This document shows positions 1 through 13,400 of a stretch of DNA of 64,000 bases, piece by piece; the first letter of the stretch is position 1; every line of letters starts with the position of its first letter. The DNA is from the human T2T-CHM13v2.0 reference genome, Homo sapiens. Where the stretch lies: the NCBI RefSeq assembly GCF_009914755.1, contig NC_060925.1; one strand, written 5' to 3'. The notes beneath the pieces are model-generated. The model saw only the letters and a program-made list of their open reading frames with translations, did no database searches and had not been told where the DNA came from. The translations under genes and the position numbers were made by a program.

Positions 1-1414
1 GAATGAAGTGGAATGGAGTGGAGTGGACTGGAATAGAATGGAATAGAATGGAACGGAGTGGAAAGAACGGCATGGAATAGAGTGGATTGTAGTGAAGTGG
101 AATGGAATGTGAAGGAATGGAAAGGAATGGAATGGAATGTATTGGAGTGGAATGGAGTGGAGTTGACTGGAATGGAATGGAGTGGAATGGAATGGAGAGA
201 AGTTTAATGGAAAGGAGTGGAGTGGAATGGATTGGAATATAGTGGATTGGAATGTAATGGATTGGACAGGAGTGGAATGGAATGGAATGGAATGGATTGG
301 AGGGGAATGGAGGTGTATGGAATGGAGTGGAATGGAATGGAATGGAAGGGAATGGAAAGGTATGGAATTGAATTTAATACAGTGGAATTGAATGGAATAT
401 TATGGAATGGAATGGAGTGGATTGGAGTGAAGTGGAAGGGAATGGACTGGAGTGGAGTGCAATGCAATGGAGTGGAATGTAGTGGTGTTAGGGTGGATTG
501 TAATGGAATGGAGTGGAATTGAATGTAATGGAGTGGAAAGAATGAAATGAAAAGGAATGGAATGGAATGGAATGGAATGGAATGGAATGGAATGGAATGG
601 AGTGGAATGGAAAGGAATGGAATGAAGTGGAATGGAATGGAAAGAAATGGAGTGGAGTGCAATGGATTGAAATAGATTGGAATGGAATGCAGTGGAATGT
701 AATGTAAAAGAGGTGAATGGAGAGGAATGGAATTGAGTGCGATGCAGTGGAATGGAGTGGAGTGGAATGGAATGGAATGGAATGCAGAGGAGTGGAGTGG
801 AGGGCGGCCGATTTTAATGGAGTTGAATGGAATGGAATGGAATTTAATGGAATGTAATGGAATGCAATAGAGTGGAGTGGATTGGAGTAAAGTGGAAAGG
901 AATGGACCAGAATGGAACAGAATGGAATATAGTGGAATGGAATGGGTTTGAATGGAATGGCATGGAATGGAGTGGAATGGAATGGAGTGAAATTGAATGG
1001 AGTGCAACAGAATGGAGAGGAGTGGAGTGGAATGGATTGGAATAGAATGGAATCGAGTGGAATGGAATGGAATGGGAAGGAGTGGAATGAAGTGGAGTGG
1101 AGTGGAGTGAGGTGGAATGGAATACAACAGCATGGAACGGAATGGAATGGAATGTACTGGATTGGAATGGAGTGGAGTGGAGTGGAGTGGAATGGAATGG
1201 AATGAAATGGAGTCGAGTGGACTGGAATGGAATGGAGTCGAGTGTACTGGAACAGAATGGCTTGGAATGGAATGGCACAGATAGGAGTTTAATAGAGTGG
1301 AATGGAAATAAATGGAATGGAGTGGAGTGGAATGGACAGGAACGCAGTGGAATCGAACAGAATGGAACGGAATGCAATAAGATGTAGTGGAATGGAATTG
1401 AGTGGAGTGGAGTG

Positions 1415-1690
1415 GAATGGAATGGAGTGGAATGCAGTGGAGTGGAGTGGAGTGAAAAGAAATGGAGTGGAATGCAGTTGAGAGGAAGGAATGGAATGGA
1501 ATGAAATGGAGTGGAATGCAGTTGAGAGGAAGGAATGGAATGGAATGGAATGGAGTGGAATGCAGTGGAGTGGAGTGGAGTGAAAAGAAATGGAGTGGAA
1601 TGCAGTTGAGAGGAAGGAATGGAATGGAATGAAATGGAGTGGAATGCAGTTGAGAGGAAGGAATGGAATGGAATGGAATGGAGTGGAATG
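1415..1690 (+). repeat. Nested tandem duplication: 128-bp unit x2, each containing a 44-bp internal duplication
   Basis: TGCAGTTGAGAGGAAGG occurs at 1473, 1517, 1601 and 1645. TGCAGTGGAGTGGAGTGGAGTGAAAAGAAA occurs at 1433 and 1561. Confidence 0.9.
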
Positions 1691-3660
1691 GAATTGAGTG
1701 GAGTGGAATGAAATGGAATGGAATGGAATAGAATGGCGGGGATGGAGTGGAGGGTGGTTAAGTTAAATGGAATTGAATGTAATGGAATGGAATGGAATTT
1801 AATGGAATGGAATGGAATGCAATGGAATGGAGTGGAGTGGATTGGAGTGGAGTGGAGTGGAGTGGAGTAGAGTGGAAAGTACTGGAGCAGAATAGAACGG
1901 AATGGAATAGAGTGGGATGGAATGGTGTGGAATGGAATGACACAGAATGGAGTGGAATGGAATGGAATGGAATGGAGTGGAATGGAGCAGAATGGACTGG
2001 AATGGAATGGAATCGAATAGAATTGAATGGAATGGAATGGGATGGAAAGGAGTGGAGTGGAATGGAATGGAATGGTGTGGAGTGGAATGGAATGGAATTC
2101 AGTGGAAGGGAATGGAAAGGAGTGGAATGTTGTGGAATAGAATGGAATTGAGTGGAGTGGAATGGAATGGAATGGAATGGATCACAGTGGAATGGTATGG
2201 AATGGAGTGGAGAGGAATGGAATCGAATGGAACGGAATGTAGTGGAATGGAAAGTAAAGGAGGGGAGTGGATTGCGATAGAACGGAGTGGAATGGAGTGG
2301 AATGGAATGGAATGGAGTGCAATGGAATGACACCGAATGGAGAGGAATGGAATGGAGTGAAATGGAATGGAGTGGAATGGAATGGAGTACAGTGGAGAGG
2401 AAATGAATTGAATGGAATAGAGTGGAATTGAAAGAATTGGAATTTAATGGAATGGAGTGGAACGGCGTGGAATGGAGTGGAGTGGAATGAAATGGAATGC
2501 TGTGGAGTGGAACGGAATGGAATTCAGTGGAATGGAATGGAAGGGACTGAAATGCAACGGAATGGAATGGAATGGAATGGAATTGAGTGGAATGGAATGG
2601 AATGGAGTGGAGTGGAATGTAATGGAATGGAGTGCAAAAGAATGGAATGGAAATGAGTGGAATGGAATGGAATGAAATTTAGTGTAATTGAATGTAATAG
2701 AGTGTAGTGGAATGGAATGGAATTGAACGGAACGGAATGGGACGGAACGGAACGGAACGGAACAGAATGGAATTTAATGGATTGGATTGGAATGGAATGG
2801 AGTGGAGAGAAGTGGAATGGAGTGTAGTGGAACGGAATGGAATGGAATTGGGTGGAGTGGAATGTTATAGATCGGAATGAAATTGTTTGGAAAGGAATCG
2901 AGTCGAGTCGAATGAAGTGGACTGGAATGAAGTGGATTGAAGCGGAATGGAGTGGAGTGGACTGGAATGGAATGGAGTGGAATGGAATGGAGTGCAGAGA
3001 AGTGCAATGGAATAGAGTAGAATGGAGAGGAGTGGAATGGAATGGAAGGGAGTGGAGTGGAATGGAATGGAATGGAGTTGAACAGAGTGGAGTGGAGTGG
3101 AATGAATTGGAGTGGAGTGGAGTGGAATGGAGTGGAATGGAATGCAATAGAACGGAATGGAATGGAACCGAATGAAATGAAATCGAATGGAATGGAGAGG
3201 AGGGGATTGGAGAGGAATGCAACGGGGTGGAATGAAGCGGAGTGTAGTGGATTGGAAAGGAATGTAGTGGAATAGAATGGTAAGCAGTGGAATGTATTGT
3301 AATGGAATGTAATGGAATGAAATGGAATGGAATGCAATGGAGTGGGGTGGAGAGAAATGGTATTGAGTGTAGTGGAAGAGAATGGAATTGAATGGAATGG
3401 AGTGGAGTGGAATGGGGTGGGATCTGGTGGAATGAAATGGAATGGACAGGAGTGGAATGGAATGGAATTCAATTTATTGGAATGGAATGGAATTGAATGG
3501 AATTGAATGGAATCGAATGGAATAGAGTGGAGAGGAATGTAATGGATTAGAGTGGAACGGAATGGAATGGAATGGAAAGGAATGGAATGGAATGGAACGG
3601 AATGGAACGGAATGGAATGGAATGGAATAGAGTGAAATATAATGGAATGGCGTGAAGTGG

Positions 3661-3750
3661 AATGGAATGGAATTCCATGTGATAGAGTGGAATGGAATGG
3701 AATTCCATGTGATGGAGTGGAATGGAATGGAATTCCATGTGATGGAGTGG
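3661..3750 (+). repeat. 30-bp unit x3 containing palindrome ATGGAATTCCAT
   Basis: AATGGAATGGAATTCCATGTGATRGAGTGG occurs at 3661, 3691 and 3721, with one difference among the copies. Confidence 0.95.
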
Positions 3751-6700
3751 AATGGAATGGAATGGAATGGAATGGAATGGTATGTAGTGGAATGGAGCAT
3801 AGTGGAATGGAATGGAGTGGGCTGGAATGGAAAGGAATTCAATTGATTGTAATTGAATGGAATGGAATTGAATGGAATGGAATGGAGGGGAATGGAATGG
3901 AATGGAGTGGAGTGTAATGGAATGGAGTGGAATGGAATCTAGTGGAGTGGAATGGAATGGAATGAAATTGACTAGAGTGAAATAGATTGGAATGGAATGG
4001 AACGGGGTGGAGTGGAGTGAAGTGGGGTCGAGTGGAATGGAATGGAATTCAGTTTAGTGGAATGGAATGGAATTCAAAGGAACGGAATGGAATGGAATGG
4101 AATGGAATGGAGTGGAATGCAACGGAGTGGAGTGGAAAGGAAAAGAATGGAATGGAACACAATGGAATGGAGGGGAATGGAATGGAATTGAGTGGAGTGA
4201 AATGGAAAGGAATTCAATGGAATGGAACGGAATGGAATAGAATGGAATGCAATGGAATGGAGTGGAATGGAATAGAATGGATTGGAGTGGAATAGAATGG
4301 AATGGAACGGATTGGAGTGGAACGGAATGGAATGTAAATGACATGAGTGAAATGGAATGGAATGGAGTGGAATGGATTGTAATGGAGTGGAGCAGAATGG
4401 AATGGAATTTAATGGATTGGAGTGGAGTGGACTGGAATGGTATGGAGTGAAAAGGAAAGGAGTGGACTGGAATGGAGTTAAGTGGAGTGGAATGGAGTGG
4501 GTTGGAAGGGAATAGAGTGGAATGGAATGGAATGGAGTGTGTGGAATGAAATGGAATAGGATGGAATGGTATGCAATGGAATGGAGCGTAGTGGAATGGA
4601 ATGGAATGGAATGGAATGGAATGGAATGGAGTGGAGTGGAGGGGAATGGAATGGAGAGGAGGGTACTGGAATGGAATGGAAAGGAATGGAATGGAATTGG
4701 GAGGAGAGTGGGATGGAATGCAATGAAATGGTATGAAGTGGAGTGAAATGGAATGGAACAGAATGGTGAGGAGCGGAATGGAAAGGAGTGGAATCGGGAG
4801 TAGTGGAATGGAATCCAGTGGAGAGGAGTGGAACGGAACGGAAAGCAATTTAATCAAATGCAATACAGTGGAATTGAAGGGAATGTGATGTAATAGAATG
4901 TAGTGGAATTGTGTGGAATGCAGCACAGTGGAATGGAATGGAATGGAGAGCAGTGGAATGTAGTGGAGTGGAGGAGAATAGAGTGGAATTGAGTGGAGTG
5001 GAAGAGAATGGAATGGAATGGAAAGGAATGGAATGGAATGGAATGGAATGGAATGAAGTGGAGAGGAATGGAATGGAATGGAATGGAACCGAATGGATTG
5101 GAATTGAGTGGAATGGAATGGAGTGCAATGGAATGTAACGGTGTCTAGTGGAATGGAATGGAATGGAATGGAATGGAATGGAATGGAATTGAACGGAATG
5201 GAATGGAATGGAATGGAATGGAATGGAATGGAATGGAATGGAATGGAGTGAAATGGAAAGTAAAGTAGTCGAGTGGAATGGAAAGGAATGGATTGGAGTG
5301 GAGTGGAATGGAAAGGAAAGGAATGGAATGGAAGAGAATGCAATGGACTGGAATGGAGTGGAATGGAATGGAATGGAATGTCATCAAATGGAATGGAATG
5401 GAGTGGAATGAAATGGAAATGTGTGGAGTGGAGTGGAATGAAAAGGAGTGGATTGGTATGGAGTTGAGTGGAGTGGAATGGGATGCAATGGAATGGAGTG
5501 GAGTGGAATGGAATGAAACTGAGTGGAGTGGAATGGAATGGAATGGAATTGAGTTGAATGGAGTGGATTGGAATGGAATGAAACGGTGTGTAGTGGAATG
5601 GAATAGAATGAAATGGAATGGAGTGAAATGGAAAGGAATGAAATGGAATGGAGTGGAATGGAATGGAATAGAATGGAATGGAATGGAATGGAATGGAATG
5701 GAGTGAAATGTAAAGGAATGGAGTGGAGTGGAATGGAACGGAATGGAATTTAGTGGAGTGGAATGGAATAGAGTGGAGTGGAATGGAATGGAATGGAAGC
5801 GAATGGAATGGAATGGAGTAGAAAGGAATGGAACTGTGTGGAGTGGAATGGAATGGAATGGAATGCTATGGAGAGGAGTGGCGTGGAATGGATGGAATGG
5901 AATGCAGTGGAGTGGAATGGAAAGGAACTTAGTGGAGTGGAATGGAATGGAATGCAGAGGTAGGAAGTGGAATGGAATGGAATGGAGTGGAATGAAGTGG
6001 AGTGGAGTGGAAAGGAATGAAATTGAGTGGAATGGAATGGAATGGCAATGATTGGAATATAATGGAATCGAATTACGTGGGTTGGATTGGAATGGATTTG
6101 AGTGGAGTGGAATGGAACGGATTGGAATGGAACGGAATGGCATGGAAGCAATGGAATTGATTGGAGTGGAGTGCTGTGGATTGGGGTCAAGTGGAATGAA
6201 ATTGAAAAGAATGGAATGGAATGCAATGGAATGTAATGGTACGGAATGCATTTGAGTGAAATGGAACGGAGTGGAATGGAGTGGAGTGGAATGGAATGGA
6301 ATGGATTACAGTGGAATGGAATGTAAGGGAGGGGATTGGAGTGGAATGGAGTGGAGAGGAAAGGAGTGGAGTGGAATGGAATGGAACGAATTGGAAACGA
6401 ATGATATGGAGTGGAACAGAATGCAGTAGAGTGGAAGGGAGTGGTATGGAATGGAGTGGAATGGAATGGAATGGAATGGAATGCAAAGGAATGGAATCGA
6501 AAGGAGTGGAATGTAATGGAGTTGAGTGGAGAGGAAAGGAGTAGAGTAGAATAGAATGGAATGGGTGACATGGAAAGGAATGGAATTGAATGAAGTGGTG
6601 TGGAATGGAGTAGAATGGAATGGAATGGAGTGTAATGGAATGGAATGGAATGGAATGGAGTGGTATGGAATGGAATTAAATGGAATGGAGTGTACAGGAA

Positions 6701-7169
6701 TGGAATGGGTTGGAGGGGAATAGAATGGAATGGAATGGAATGGAATGAGGAGGAGGGAAGTGGGGTGGAAAGGAATGGAATGGATAGGAATGGAATGGAA
6801 TGAAGTGGAGTGGAATGGAATGGAATGGAATGGAATGAAATGGAATGGAGTGGAATGGAATGGAATGGAATGGAATGAAATGGAATGGAGTGGAATGGAA
6901 TGGAATGGAATGGAATGAAATGGAATGGAGTGGAATGGAATGGAATGTAGTGGAATAGAATGGAATGGAGTTGAGTGGAATGGAATGGAATGAAATTGAG
7001 TGGAATGGAATGTATTGGAGTGGATTGGAATGGAAAGGAACGGAACGGAATGTAATGAAATGGAATGGAATGGAATGTAAAGAAGGGGACTGGAGTGGAA
7101 TGGAAAGGAGTGGAATGGATTGGAAAGGAGTGTAGTGCGATGAAATGGAATGGAATGGAGTGGAGAGGA

Positions 7170-7460
7170 AAGGTATAGATTGGAATGAAAAGGATGGGAA
7201 TGGAATGGATTGGAGTGGATTGCATTGGAGTGGAGTGGAACGGAGTAGAGTAGAATGTAATGGAAAGGATTGTGATGGAATGGAATGGAATGGAATGGAA
7301 TAGAATGGAGTGGAATGATATAGATTGGAATGAAAAGGAGGGGAATGAAATGGAGTTCTGTGGATTGGAATGGAGTGGAGTGCAACGGAGTAGAGAGTAA
7401 TGTAATGGAAAGGAGTGTGATGGAATGGAATGGAATGGAATGGAATGGAATGGAGTGGAA
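7170..7460 (+). repeat. 145-bp diverged tandem duplication
   Basis: TATAGATTGGAATGAAAAGGA at 7174 and 7319; AACGGAGTAGAG...AATGTAATGGAAAGGAKTGTGATGG at 7239 and 7384. Confidence 0.85.
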
Positions 7461-10400
7461 TGGATTGGTATGGAGTGCAACGGAGTGTAGTGTCATGGAA
7501 TGGAATGAAGTGGAGTTGAATGCAATGGAGTGGAGTGGAGAGGAATGGCATGGAATGGAATCGAAAGGAATGCAGTGAAATTGAATGGAATATGATGGAA
7601 TGGAATGGATTGGAATGGAGTGAAGTGGAGTGTAGTGGAAAGGAATATACTGGAGTAGAGTTGAATGGAATGAAATGGAATGAAATGGAATGGAATGGAG
7701 AGGAGGGGAGTGGATTGGAATGGAATGAAGTATAATGAAATGAAATGCATTGGAAAGGAATGGAATGGATTGTAATGGAATGGAATGGAATGGAATTGCG
7801 TTGGGTAGATTGTAATGGAATTGAGTGGAGTGGACAGCAAACGACTGGAATGGAAAGGAATGGAATGGAATCAATGGAATTGATTGCAGTGGAGTGGAGT
7901 GGAGTAGGGTCGAGTGGAATGAAATTGAATAAAATAGAATGCAATGGAAGGGAAGGGCATGCAGTGGAGGGGAATGGAATGCAGGGGAATTGCGTGGAGT
8001 GGAATGGAATGGAATGCATTAGAGTGGAATGGAATGGAATGGATGGGATTGGAATGGAGTGGTATGCAGTGGAGAGGAATGGAATGGGGAAGAATTGAAT
8101 GGAGTGGAAGAGAGATGAGTGGATTGGAATGGAATGCAAAGAAATGGAAAGCAATGGAACGGATTGGAGTGGAGTGAAGAAGAGTGGGTTCCACTGGATG
8201 GAAATTGAATGCAATGGAATGGAATGAGGTGGAAAGAAGTGGATTTGAGTGCAATGGAATGGAATGGAATGGAGTGGAGTGTATGGAATGGAATGGAATG
8301 GAATGGAATGGAATGGAATGGAGTGGAATGGAGACGAGTGGAATGAAGTGGAATGGAATGGAGTGTAATGAAGCGGAACGGAGTGGAGTGGATTGGAATG
8401 GAATGGAGTGGAATGGAATGGAGTGGTGTGGAGTGCAATGGCATAGAGTGGAATGGAGAGGAGTGGAATGGAATGGAAAGGAGTGGAGTTGAATGGAATG
8501 GAGTGAAGTGGAATGTAGTGGAGTGGAGTGGAGAGGAGTGGAGTGGAATGGAATGGAATGGAATCGAACGGAATGGAAGGGAATGGAATGGATTGGAACC
8601 GAATAGAATGGAGAGGGGGGCAGTGGACAGGAATGGAATGGAGTGGAATGAAGTGGAATGGACTGGATTAGAATGGAATATAGTGTAATGGAAGGGAAAG
8701 CAGTGGAATATATTGTAATGAAAGGAAATGGAATGAAATGGAATGGAATGGAATGGAGTGGAGTGGGATGGGGTGGGGTCGGGTGGAATGAAATGGAATG
8801 GACTGGAGTGGAATGGAAAGGAATTCAATGGAATGGAGTGGAGTGGAACAGAATGGAATGGAGTAGAGTGCAATGGAATGGAATGGAATGGAAAGGAGTG
8901 GAGTGGAATGGAATTGATAGGAGTAGAGTGGAATGGAATGGAGTGGAATGGAGTGGACTGGAATAGAATGGAGTGCAGTTGAATGGAATTGAATTCAATG
9001 GATTGGAATGGAAAGGAATAAAATGAAATGGAATGGAATGGAGATGAAAGGAATGGAATGGAGTTGAGTGGAATGCCAAAGAATGGAATGGAGTGGAAAG
9101 GAATGGAATGGAGAAGAGTGGAATTGAATGGAATGGAATGGAGTTGAATGGAATGGAATGGAGTGGAGTAGAATGGAATGGAGTGGAATGGAATGGAATG
9201 GAATAGAATGAAATTGGGTGGACTGGAATAGATTGGAATGGAAAGGAATGGAATGGAGTGGAGTGAACTGGCATCGAGTGGAATGGAATGAAATTTAGTA
9301 TAGTGGAATGGAATGGAATTCAATAGGATGGAATGGAATTGAATGGAATGGAATGGAATGGAAAGGAGTGGAATGGAATGGAATGGAATGGAGGGGAATG
9401 GAATGGAATGGATTGAAAAGGAATGGAAAGGGATGGAATGAAATGGAATGGAGTGGAATGGAGTGGAGTGGAATGGAATGGAATTCAATTGAATGGAATA
9501 GAATGGAATTGAATGGAAAGGAAATGAATGGAATGCATTGGAATGGAGTGGAATGGAATGGAATGGAATGGAGTGGGGTGGAATGGAATCGAATGGAGTG
9601 GAGTGGAATGGAATTCCGTGTGATGTAAAGAAACGGAATGGAATAGAATGGAATGGAATTGAGTGGAATGGAATAGAATGGAGCAGAGGGGAATGGAATG
9701 GAAAGGAAAGGAATGGAATGGAACTGAATGGAGTGAAATGGAGTAGAGTGGAATGGAATGGAGTGGACTGGAATGGAAAGGAATTCAATAGAATGGAATG
9801 GAATGGAATGGAATGGAATGGAATGGAATGCAATGGAGTGGAATTGAATGAAATGGAGTAGAGTGAAATAGATTGGAATGGAATGCAATGGAGTGTATTG
9901 GAGTGAAGTGGGGTGGAGTGGAATTGAATGGAATTTAGTTTAGTGGAATGGAATGGAATTCAAAGGAATGGAATGGAATGGAATGGAATGGAATGGAGTG
10001 GAATGCAATGGAGTGAGGTGGAATGGAAAGGAGTGGAATAGAATGCAATGGAATGGAGTGGAATGGAGTGGAATGGAATGGAATGGAATTGAGTGGAGTG
10101 AAATGGAATGGAATTCAATGGAATGGAATGGAATGGAATGGAATGGAATGGAATGGAATGGAATGGATTGGAACGGAATGGAATGGATTGTAATGGAATG
10201 GAAAGGAATGGAATACAAAGGAATGGAGTGGAATGGAATGGAATGGATTGGAGTGGATTGGAATAGAATGTAAAGGATTAGAGTGGAATGAAATTGAATG
10301 TAAACGAGATGAGTGAAATGGAATGGAATGGATTGGAATGGATTGGAATGGAGTGGAGAGGAATGGAATGGACTGGAATGGATGGGAGTGGAGTAGAGTG

Positions 10401-13400
10401 GAATGGTATGGAGTGGAAAGGAATGAAGTGGACTGGAATGGAGTTGAGTGGAGTGGAATGGAGTGGGTTGGAATGGAATAAAGTGGAATGGAATGGAATG
10501 GAATGTGGTGGAATGAAATGGAACGGGATGGAATGAAGTGGGTGGAATTTAGTGTCATGCAATGGAACGGAGTGTAGTGAAATGGAATGGAATGGAATGG
10601 AATGGAGTGGAGTGGATTGGAATGGAATGGAGTGGAGGGCAATGGAATGGAATGGAAAGGAGTGGAGTGAAATTGGGAGGAGCGGAGTGGGGTGAAATGC
10701 AATGTAACGGAAGGGAGTGGAGTGAAATGGAATAGAACGGAATGGCGAGGAGTGGAATGGAATGGAGTGGAATGGGGAGGAGTGGAATAGAATGGAGTGG
10801 AGTGGAGTGGAATGGAATGGATTGGAATGGAGGTGAAACAATGCATTTGAAATGAATCGAATGAAATCGAATGCAATGGAGTAGAATTGAGTGGAGTGGA
10901 GAGGAATGGAACGGAATAGAGTAGAGTAGAGTGGAGTGCAATGGAATGTAGAAGAATGTAGTGGAGTGGAGTAGATTGGAATGGAATGGAGTGGAAGGTA
11001 ATGGATACGTATGGAATGGAATGGAATGGCGTGGTGTGGAGTTGAATTGAATATATTTGAATGGAGTGGAATGGAAAGGACTGGAATGGAACAGAATGGA
11101 ATGGAAGCAATGGAATTGATTGGAGTGGTGTGGAATGGAGTGGGGTCGAGTAAAATGAAATTGAAAAGAATGGGATGGAATGGAATGGAAAGGAAAGGAA
11201 TGCTGTGGAGTGGAATCGAATGGAGTGGAATGACGTGGAGTTGAATGGAATGGAATGGAATGGAATAGAGTGGAATGGAATGGAATGGAATGGATTGGAC
11301 TGGAATAGAGTGGAAGGGAGTGGAGTGGAATGGAATGGGGTGGAATGGAATGAAGTGGAATGAAGTTCAGTGGAGTGGGATCGGGTAGATGGTAATTAAA
11401 TGAAAGGGAATGGAAAGGAATGGAAAGGAATGGGGTTGAATGAAGTGGATTTGAGTGGAATGGAAGGGAATTAAGTGGAATGGAATGTAATTCAATGGAT
11501 TGGAATTGAACAGATTGGAATGGAATGGAATGGATTGCAATGGAATGGAAAGGGGAGGAGGGGAGTGGTGTGGAATGGAATGGAATGGAACGGAATGCAA
11601 TGGAGAGGATTGGAGTGGATTGGAATGGATTGGAGAGGAATGTGGTGGAATGGAATCCATTGGAAGGGAAGGGAGTGGAATGCAATGGAATGGAAGGGAA
11701 TGGGATGGAAGGGAATGGATTCAAATGGAATGGAATGGAATGAGACGGAAAAGAATGGAATGGAGTGGGTTGGAGTGGAATGGAATGGGGTACATTGGAA
11801 TGCAATGGAATTCAACGGAATTTAATGAAATGGAATGGAATGGAGTGGAGTAGACTGGAGTGTAGTGGGGATTTGTGGAATGAAATTGAATAGAATGAAA
11901 TGGAATGGAATGCAGTGGTGTGCAGTGGAATGAAGTGGAATGGATTGGAGTGGAATGGAGTGGAGTGGAATGGAATGGAAGCAATTATAGTGGAATGGAA
12001 GGGAATGGAATGGAATAGATTGGAGTGGAATGGAGTGGAAAGGAGTGCAGTGGAAGGGAATAGGTCGGAATGGAATGGAGTAGAATGGAGTTGAGTGGAG
12101 TGGAGGGGAATGGAATGGAATGGATTGGAATGGACTGAAGTGGAGTGGAATGGAATGGAATGGAATGGAGTGGAGTGGAAAGGAATGGAATGGAATTGAA
12201 AGGAATGGAATTGAGTGGAATGGAATGGAGTGGAATGAAATGAAACGGTGCGCTGTGCAATGGAATGGAATGGAAAGGAATGGAATGAAAAGGAGTGGAA
12301 TGGAATGGAATGGAATGGAATGGAATGGAATGGAATGGAGAAGAATGGAATGGAATGGAGTGGAGTGGAACGGAAAAGAACAGAATTGACTGTAGTGGAA
12401 TGGAATGGAAAGGAATGGAATGGAATGGAATCGGAAGGATTGGAATGGAATGGAGTGGAATGGAATGGAACTGTGTGGAGTGCAGTGGAATGGAATGAAG
12501 GGGAATGGTATGGAGTTGAGTGGAGTGGAAAGGGATGGAATGGAATGGAGTGGAGAGGAACGGAATGGAATTGAGTGGAGTGGAATGGAATGGAAAAGAA
12601 TGGAATGCAATGGAATGGAGTGGAATGGAATAGAATGGAGTGCAGTTGAATTGAATGCCATGGAGTGGAGTGGAATGGAATGGAATATAAACGAGGGTAG
12701 TGGAATGGAATGGAATGTAGTGGAATGGAGTGTAATGGTTTGGAGTGGAATGGAATGGAATGGAATGGAGTGGACTGAAATGGAGATGAGTGGAGTGGAA
12801 GGGAGTGGCGTGGAATGGAAAAGAGCACAATGGAATGGAGTACAGTGTGTTGTAATGAAATGGAGTGGGATGGAATTGAGTGGGTGGAGTGGAGTGGTAT
12901 GGAATGGAATGGAGCATAGTGGAATGGAATGGAATGGAATGGAGTGGAGTGGAGTGGAAAGAAATGGAGTAGAGGAGAATGGAATGGAATTGAAAGGAAT
13001 GGAATGGAACGGGAAGGAGGGCAGTTGGATGGAATGCAATCGAACGGAATGGAGTGGAGTGGAATAGAATGGAATTGAATAGAGTGGAATAGAGAGGAGT
13101 GGAATGGAATGGAGTGGAGTGGAGTGGAGTGGAATGAAATGGAGTGGAATAGAGTGGAATGGAATGGAATGGAGTGGAGTGGAATGGAATGGAATAGAGT
13201 GGAATAGAGTGGAGTGGGATTGAGTGGTATAGAATAGTGTGGAGTGAAAGGGAGTGGAAAGGAATCGAATGGAATGCATTGAAATTGAATGGCATGTGAT
13301 GCATAGAAATGGATTGGAATAGAGTGGAGTGGAGTGGAATGAAATGGAATGGACTGGGGTGTAGTGGAACGGAATGGAATGGAATGGAATGGAGAAGAGG

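Larger units (their letters stand above)
2900..10780 (+). repeat. Old diverged duplication pair: ~2900-4800 versus ~8330-10780
   Basis: Collinear landmarks: GAAGCGG 2939/8370; AAGCAGTGGAATRTATTGTAATG 3282/8698; AATTCCRTGTGAT 3671/9612; AGTTTAGTGG...GGAATTCAAAGG 4051/9937; AATGTAAAYGASATGAGTGAAATGG ~4331/~10296; ATTGGGAGGAG ~4696/10672. Confidence 0.75.
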
